A DNA stretch of 64,000 nucleotides from a virus. Each line of letters begins with the position of its first letter. Position 1 is the first letter of the stretch. Made by a program: the position numbers and the translations under genes. Under the pieces are notes generated by a model that made no database searches, had not been told where the DNA came from, and was given only the letters and a program-made list of their open reading frames with translations. The stretch lies in IMG/VR virus record IMGVR_UViG_3300017731_000001; one strand, written 5' to 3'. Positions 58,521 to 64,000 of the stretch are shown in pieces.

Positions 58521-59636
58521 ATGTCTCTGACCACCGACTACATTCGTACCTCTCTTCAAAATTTGTATGGTGAGTCTGTAACCTCTGCCGACATTCGTGC
58601 ATGGTGTATGATGAATGATTCTAATTATCAAACTGTAACTAAAAAACTTTCTGAGTGTAAAGTTGGTCGTGGTAAATGGAATCTTGAATTGACAAAAGAA
58701 ACCGTGGATGAATTGGAAGTATCTTACAGTTCTCCTGCAGCATTGCCTGCCATTGAACAAAACCTTATTCCTCGGAAAGATGATACTTTCGTCCAGTTTG
58801 GTAACTTTAGTGATATTAAAAAAATTATTCAGTCCAATCTTTTTTATCCGACATTTATTACTGGACTCTCGGGTAATGGTAAAACTCTTTCGGTGGAGCA
58901 AGCATGTGCTCAAACAAAACGAGAACTTATCCGCGTAAACATTACTATTGAAACTGATGAAGACGATCTTATTGGCGGTTTTCGCCTTGTTAATGGTGCA
59001 ACCGTCTGGCACAATGGCCCGGTTATTGAAGCACTCCAGCGAGGAGCTATCCTGCTCCTTGACGAGATCGACCTTGCCTCTAATAAAATTCTCTGTCTTC
59101 AGTCTATCCTTGAAGGAAATGGAGTCTTTCTCAAGAAAATTGGGCAGTTTGTCCGTCCCAGTGCAGGTTTCAACGTCATCGCAACCGCAAACACTAAAGG
59201 TAAAGGTAGCGACGACGGACGATTCATTGGAACTAACGTGCTCAATGAAGCATTCCTTGAGCGATTCCCTGTGACTTTTGAGCAGGAGTATCCTACTCCT
59301 TCTAATGAGGTAAAGATTCTTTTAGGTGTTGCTGCTTCTGTTGGTAAGCACGATGAAGACTTCTGTAGGAGACTCGTAGATTGGGCTGACATTATTCGTA
59401 AGACTTTCTATGATGGTGGTATTGAAGAAATTATCAGTACTCGTAGATTGGTTCACATTATCCATGCATATTCAATCTTCGGTAAGAAGGAAAAAGCAAT
59501 TCAAGTTTGTGTGAATCGTTTTGATGATGAAACCAAACAGGCATTCCTAGAATTGTATGATAAAGTGGATGCTGATTTTGAAATGCCTGCAGAAACCGAT
59601 CGCATTTATGTGATTGACGGCGGAGCAAATATTTGA
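58521..59636 (+). CDS. cobS: CobS-like MoxR-type AAA+ ATPase
   Basis: GLSGNGKT, LLLDEID, ATANTKG.G and NEAFLERF; start moved downstream of the promoter. Confidence 0.88.
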   Translation: MSLTTDYIRTSLQNLYGESVTSADIRAWCMMNDSNYQTVTKKLSECKVGRGKWNLELTKETVDELEVSYSSPAALPAIEQNLIPRKDDTFVQFGNFSDIKKIIQSNLFYPTFITGLSGNGKTLSVEQACAQTKRELIRVNITIETDEDDLIGGFRLVNGATVWHNGPVIEALQRGAILLLDEIDLASNKILCLQSILEGNGVFLKKIGQFVRPSAGFNVIATANTKGKGSDDGRFIGTNVLNEAFLERFPVTFEQEYPTPSNEVKILLGVAASVGKHDEDFCRRLVDWADIIRKTFYDGGIEEIISTRRLVHIIHAYSIFGKKEKAIQVCVNRFDDETKQAFLELYDKVDADFEMPAETDRIYVIDGGANI

Positions 59637-59642
59637 TATAAT
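59614..59642 (+). promoter_or_regulatory. Sigma70-type promoter
   Basis: TTGACG-17bp-TATAAT with TG extension. Confidence 0.65.
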
Positions 59643-59647
59643 AAATT

Positions 59648-60067
59648 ATGACTAATTCTTGGTCCATGCTCTATGATGAAATTTTGAAAATGGATGAAAA
59701 CACTTTGAACATAGGTACTCACCTTCGAGGTGCCGAAGGTGATGACCACATTTCTTTAAATATGTCTAAAAATAGTAATAGTCGATATAAGTATAGTGAA
59801 GAAAAAATTCTTAAGGAACTAACTGACTATATTGTTAGAACATATGATCAGCATTATTCTGCTGGTGATGACAGGATTCAAACACTTGATCTGATTGAAG
59901 CATGTGGTGATGGTGAAGCATTTTGCCGATCTAATATTCTCAAGTATGCTTCTCGTTATGATAGGAAAGGCACCGCCCGACGTGACATTATGAAGATTCT
60001 GCATTATGCTGTTCTTCTGATGCACTTCAATGATAAGAATGCTGAGAAAGAGAATTACAATCAATGA
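59648..60067 (+). CDS. DUF3310-like protein
   Basis: QHY, FC..NILKY..RY.RKG...DI.K..HY pattern. Confidence 0.75.
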   Translation: MTNSWSMLYDEILKMDENTLNIGTHLRGAEGDDHISLNMSKNSNSRYKYSEEKILKELTDYIVRTYDQHYSAGDDRIQTLDLIEACGDGEAFCRSNILKYASRYDRKGTARRDIMKILHYAVLLMHFNDKNAEKENYNQ

Positions 60068-60759
60068 CCATGAAATTACGCGAACGCACTATGAAACTAA
60101 GTGATTCAACTCTGTCCATCCTGAGAAACTTTGCAGGAATTAACAACTCAATTCTTGTAAAGAGAGGTAATCGTCTTCGCACAATTTCTGTTGCCAAGAA
60201 CATTTTGGCAGAAGCAAATCTTGATGAAGATTTTCCTTCAGACTTTGCACTCTATGACCTCAATCAATTTCTCAATGTAAATAACAGTCTTTTCAGAAAT
60301 CCTGAATTGGATTTTACTGATAATGGTTATGTTGTTATTAGTGAAGGTAAGTCTAAACAAACCTTTTTCTTTGCCGATCCAAATGTAATTGTTACTCCTC
60401 CCGATAAGGAAATTACTCTTCCCACTGAAGATGTTTGTTTTGAACTGAGCACAGAACAACTAGACAAACTGCTTAAAGCAGCTGCCATCAATCAACTACC
60501 TGATTTTTCTGCGATTGGTAGGAATGGTAAAGTGACTTTGGTTGTTCGTGATAAGAAGAACGATACTTCTAACAACTTTAATATTGTTGTCGGAGAAACT
60601 AGTTCTGAATTCGCATTCAACTTTAAAGTGGAGAACATCAAGATTCTTCCAGGAACCTATGATGTGGTTGTCTCGCAAAAACTTTTGTCACGATTCACCT
60701 CTAAAAATCATGATCTGACTTATTATATTGCTCTGGAACCTGATTCTACTTTCGAGTGA
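60064..60759 (+). CDS. gp45: Sliding clamp gp45
   Basis: MKLS..T..IL.NFA.IN.SI, F.LYDLNQFL and YYIALE; true start may be 60091. Confidence 0.95.
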   Translation: MTMKLRERTMKLSDSTLSILRNFAGINNSILVKRGNRLRTISVAKNILAEANLDEDFPSDFALYDLNQFLNVNNSLFRNPELDFTDNGYVVISEGKSKQTFFFADPNVIVTPPDKEITLPTEDVCFELSTEQLDKLLKAAAINQLPDFSAIGRNGKVTLVVRDKKNDTSNNFNIVVGETSSEFAFNFKVENIKILPGTYDVVVSQKLLSRFTSKNHDLTYYIALEPDSTFE

Positions 60760-60760
60760 T

Positions 60761-61288
60761 ATGAACATCTTTGTTACTTCTCCTGACCCCTGGGAGTGTG
60801 CTAGGGTCCTCCCTGACAAGCATATTGTCAAGATGCCTTTGGAGACCTGTCAGATGCTTGCTATTGTATGCTCTGACAAATGGGGTCATAACTTTGGCAC
60901 TCTTCCTAGAGCAGATGGCAGTGCCTATGCTACTGAGAAGGGTGCATTTCGCAATCATCCCTGTACTAAATGGGCGAATGAATTTGTGACCAATTGGCAG
61001 TGGTTACTTGCTCATGGACTTGCTATGTGTGAAGAGTACACTGCTCGTTATGGTAAGGTTCATACATGTCAGAAGACTCTTCTAGCAGCAAAGGAGATAC
61101 TTCCTACCGCAGATCCGCAAGGTCGCAGTGGAAAGGATACAACACCCTTTGTATTTGCGGGACCTGATGAATTCAAGTATGATACTAGCATTGATATTTT
61201 CACTGCTTACAAGATGTATATTGCATCTAAACCATGGGTAAAAGATAATTATCTTCGCATCCCATCCAGAAAACCGGATTGGATATAA
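60761..61288 (+). CDS. Pyrimidine-dimer DNA glycosylase-like protein
   Basis: MNIF...DKHIVKM.LE..QML, NHPCT.W and EYT.RYGK.H pattern. Confidence 0.7.
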   Translation: MNIFVTSPDPWECARVLPDKHIVKMPLETCQMLAIVCSDKWGHNFGTLPRADGSAYATEKGAFRNHPCTKWANEFVTNWQWLLAHGLAMCEEYTARYGKVHTCQKTLLAAKEILPTADPQGRSGKDTTPFVFAGPDEFKYDTSIDIFTAYKMYIASKPWVKDNYLRIPSRKPDWI

Positions 61289-61624
61289 ATGATACACATT
61301 CTCTTCACCCTTAAGGGATGTCCATATGGATTACTAGATGATGAAGCACACATTCGCAATGTGTTGGCAAATGCATCAAATCTTGCCGAAAGCACATTGC
61401 TGAATATTTCATCTCATAAGTTTGATCCTCATGGAGTAACTGCCATAGCACTTCTTGCCGAGTCTCACATTAGTATTCATACATGGCCGGAGAATGGTAT
61501 GGCAGTATGTGATGTGTTTACCTGTGGTGAGCATACAAATCCACGATCTGGTGCCACATACATGTATGAAGCAATGGGTGCAACAGACATTGTATCCGAA
61601 ATTTTTACTCGACCTTTGAAATGA
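61289..61624 (+). CDS. speD: Pyruvoyl-dependent S-adenosylmethionine decarboxylase-like proenzyme
   Basis: Cleavage motif LAE-SHISIHTWPE and DVFTCG. Confidence 0.9.
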   Translation: MIHILFTLKGCPYGLLDDEAHIRNVLANASNLAESTLLNISSHKFDPHGVTAIALLAESHISIHTWPENGMAVCDVFTCGEHTNPRSGATYMYEAMGATDIVSEIFTRPLK

Positions 61625-61836
61625 CTAAAGTTGATGTCCCAATGAGAATAACTGGTAGTATCCTAGTGATTACTGCATACTTTGTTGTTCTTCACATTAA
61701 TATAACTCTCGGAGTTTTTTTGCACTTTGTTGCTGATATGATTTCAGTTCCTTACTTTATAAGGACAAAATCTTGGGATGTTGTTATTATGCTAGGATTC
61801 CTTCTAGCGATTAGTTTTAGTAAATTACTTTTTTGA
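61621..61836 (+). CDS. Small membrane protein
   Basis: Two to three hydrophobic segments; ATGA coupling to the speD-like gene. Confidence 0.7.
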   Translation: MTKVDVPMRITGSILVITAYFVVLHINITLGVFLHFVADMISVPYFIRTKSWDVVIMLGFLLAISFSKLLF

Positions 61837-61838
61837 TT

Positions 61839-62783
61839 ATGCGTAATGAATTCCTTTGGGTTGAAAAATACCGACCCAAAACAATTGAAGAATGTATTCT
61901 TCCTGAGAATACCAAAGAAACATTTCAAAAGTTCCTAGATAAAGGTGAGATACCTAACATGCTTCTCGCAGGTCCTGCGGGGTGCGGCAAAACAACGGTA
62001 GCAAAGGCACTGTGTAATCAACTGGGAGTAGACTATTATGTCATCAATGGATCGGATGAGGGACGCTTCCTTGATACTGTCAGAAACAATGCGAAAAACT
62101 TTGCTTCGACCGTATCACTTCAAGCAACTGCAAAACACAAAGTCATCATCATTGATGAGGCAGATAACACAACGAACGACGTACAACTCCTCTTACGGGC
62201 GTTTATTGAGGAGTTTAGTAGTAATTGCAGGTTCATCTTTACATGTAACTTTAAAAACCGAATTGTCGAACCACTCCACTCAAGATGTGCCGTCGTTGAA
62301 TTTGGAATCAAAGGAAAAGATAGACAAACAATTGCTGCTCAGTTCTTCAAAAGAATCCAAGAAATCTTGGGTGCAGAAGGTGTTGAATATGATAACAAGG
62401 TCCTGGTAGAATTAATCAACAAGCACTTCCCTGATTGGCGTCGTGTCTTGAATGAGTGCCAGCGTTATTCTGTAAGTGGAAAGATTGATGCTGGTATCCT
62501 TGCTACTTTTTCTGATGTTGCCGTAAATGATCTCCTCAAAAATCTCAAAGAGAAGAACTTCCCGGAAGTTCGGAAGTGGGTGGTATCTAACATGGATAAT
62601 GATACTACTGTACTTTTGCGTCGTATTTACGATGCTCTTTATGTTTCCCTTGAAAACAATAGCGTTCCTGCTGCTGTGCTCGTGCTTGCTAAGTATCAGT
62701 ATCAGTCGGCATTCGTCGCGGATCAGGAGATAAATATGCTTGCTTGTTTAACCGAAATTATGGTTGAATGTGAGTTTAGTTGA
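61839..62783 (+). CDS. gp44: Clamp loader large subunit gp44
   Basis: LWVEKYRP, GPAGCGKTT, IIDEAD and SRC. Confidence 0.96.
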   Translation: MRNEFLWVEKYRPKTIEECILPENTKETFQKFLDKGEIPNMLLAGPAGCGKTTVAKALCNQLGVDYYVINGSDEGRFLDTVRNNAKNFASTVSLQATAKHKVIIIDEADNTTNDVQLLLRAFIEEFSSNCRFIFTCNFKNRIVEPLHSRCAVVEFGIKGKDRQTIAAQFFKRIQEILGAEGVEYDNKVLVELINKHFPDWRRVLNECQRYSVSGKIDAGILATFSDVAVNDLLKNLKEKNFPEVRKWVVSNMDNDTTVLLRRIYDALYVSLENNSVPAAVLVLAKYQYQSAFVADQEINMLACLTEIMVECEFS

Positions 62784-62794
62784 GGTAGATTAAA

Positions 62795-63088
62795 ATGATT
62801 GATGTAAAACTGCTACGAATTGTGACCGGAGAAGAAGTTATTGCAGAACTTCTATCTGAAACAGAAGAAACTATTACAGTCCAAAATGGTCTTGCAGTTC
62901 TTCCAACAAATAATGGTGTTGGATTTGCTCCATGGGCAACTGTGATTAGTAAAGAAAACCCAGAGATTACGATCTCTAAAACTCATCTTGTATATGTTGC
63001 AGAAGTCCAAGAGGATGTCTGTAAGAAGTACAATGAAATGTTTGGTAGTAAATTGATTACTCCAGATTCTAAAAAACTAATTGTATAA
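62795..63088 (+). CDS. Sm-like fold hypothetical protein
   Basis: VKLLRIVTGEEVIAE, FAPW and Y..MFGS.LI.P. Confidence 0.7.
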   Translation: MIDVKLLRIVTGEEVIAELLSETEETITVQNGLAVLPTNNGVGFAPWATVISKENPEITISKTHLVYVAEVQEDVCKKYNEMFGSKLITPDSKKLIV

Positions 63089-63090
63089 TT

Positions 63091-63282
63091 ATGAAACAAA
63101 AGAAACGGTGCCAAGTTAAGTCTAAGTTCTACTATATCTTTTGGGGAACTGCTACACTATCAGTTTTATTCGGACAACTATATGTTGGAACTGGATATCG
63201 TGTATTACATGATGATATGCGAGAACTATTGAATAATGTTGATGGCGTTCTTCTTCGTGCGGATGAACCGAACTACCTATGA
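63091..63282 (+). CDS. Small membrane protein
   Basis: FYYIFWG.AT..V..GQLYVG.GY hydrophobic segment. Confidence 0.65.
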   Translation: MKQKKRCQVKSKFYYIFWGTATLSVLFGQLYVGTGYRVLHDDMRELLNNVDGVLLRADEPNYL

Positions 63283-63515
63283 GTTTTTTAAAAACTGACA
63301 AAAGTAATTTAGTTGAACCAAAGGTAAAAACTACTCCCCAAAATGTGGCAGAATCAAACGATAGTTTATTTCGTGCTACAATGAATTTACCTAATGCCGC
63401 AAAGCATTGTGGTATGACCGAGAAGGAAATGAAACTAACCTTCTGGGAATATTTGAAATATAACAAACCTGATTATGAAATCTCTCAAGACTCCCCTCAG
63501 GTATCCAGGGGGTAA
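63279..63515 (+). CDS. Hypothetical protein
   Basis: KTTP.NV.E.N..LF.A.MNLP.AA.HCGMT..EMKLTF pattern. Confidence 0.7.
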   Translation: MSFLKTDKSNLVEPKVKTTPQNVAESNDSLFRATMNLPNAAKHCGMTEKEMKLTFWEYLKYNKPDYEISQDSPQVSRG

Positions 63516-64000
63516 ATCCCGTGCCTGTGTTAAAATGGATGAGTTTATTCCCGATCTAAGGGAGTATAATAATTACCATGAACCATTTCTTGGTGGTGGT
63601 AGTGTTGCCATTCACATTACAAAAAAATATCCACACTTAGATATCTGGGTAAATGATTTATATGAACCACTCTATAATTTTTGGAGAGTTCTACAGGATG
63701 ATGGATATAAACTTTATAAGAGACTTCAAGAATTAAAGTCTAGATATCCAGATCGTGGATCTGCCAAAGGTCTATTTCTTGAGGCAAAAACTGTTGTAAA
63801 TGATTATGATCAAACCAATTTATTTCGTGCTTGTGCTTTTTACGTTGTTAACAAGTGCTCTTTTTCTGGTCTCACTGAGTCCTCATCCTTTAGTGCCCAA
63901 GCATCTGATTCAAACTTCTCAATGCGAGGCATAGAAAAACTACAAGGATATACGAAAATAATTAAAGATTGGAAAATTACTAATCTTAGTTATGAACAAC
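63475..64000 (+). CDS. dam: DNA adenine methyltransferase (Dam/D12 class), 3'-truncated by the window; not in ORF track
   Basis: MKSLKTPLRYPGGKSRA, motif I EPFLGGGS and WVNDL; frame stays open to the window end. Confidence 0.88.
   Translation, partial: MKSLKTPLRYPGGKSRACVKMDEFIPDLREYNNYHEPFLGGGSVAIHITKKYPHLDIWVNDLYEPLYNFWRVLQDDGYKLYKRLQELKSRYPDRGSAKGLFLEAKTVVNDYDQTNLFRACAFYVVNKCSFSGLTESSSFSAQASDSNFSMRGIEKLQGYTKIIKDWKITNLSYEQ

Noticed and set aside
9955-63466. Numerous minus-strand and nested ORFs in the track
   Set aside because: They are antisense or alternative-frame shadows of well-supported genes, with no motifs or expression signals.
1-64000. tRNA or rRNA genes
   Set aside because: No cloverleaf or T-loop signatures were seen in the few intergenic gaps; a covariance-model scan was not possible.

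Overview
This window is part of a T4-like marine cyanomyophage genome (Kyanoviridae-like), with essentially all real genes on the + strand. From left to right it contains: (1) the 3' part of a glycine-rich, gp38-like fibre-tip gene, followed by a 2OG-Fe(II) oxygenase flanked by two paralogous Cys-rich proteins; (2) a largely non-coding, origin-like locus (about 2500-3110) with DnaA-box matches, phased 11-bp repeats, ten ACGAGA copies and divergent sigma70 promoters; (3) an early island (about 3260-6410) of tiny ORFs, many missed by the ORF track, punctuated by a palindromic operator/promoter element and a separate 15-bp ACTAAGTAACACTCA element at ORF ends, and ending in a KxDG ligase-like gene; (4) the structural block gp25, gp6, gp7, gp8, a 2510-aa virion protein, a repeat fibre, gp13-gp23 and gp3; (5) uvsY, uvsW, gp55, gp47, gp46, a peptidase/VWA plus CobS-like AAA pair, gp45, a pyrimidine-dimer glycosylase-like gene, speD-like, gp44 and a truncated Dam-like methylase. 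The most unusual parts are the origin-like locus and the cassette-like early array. All family assignments come from motif recognition and synteny by eye, not from database searches.
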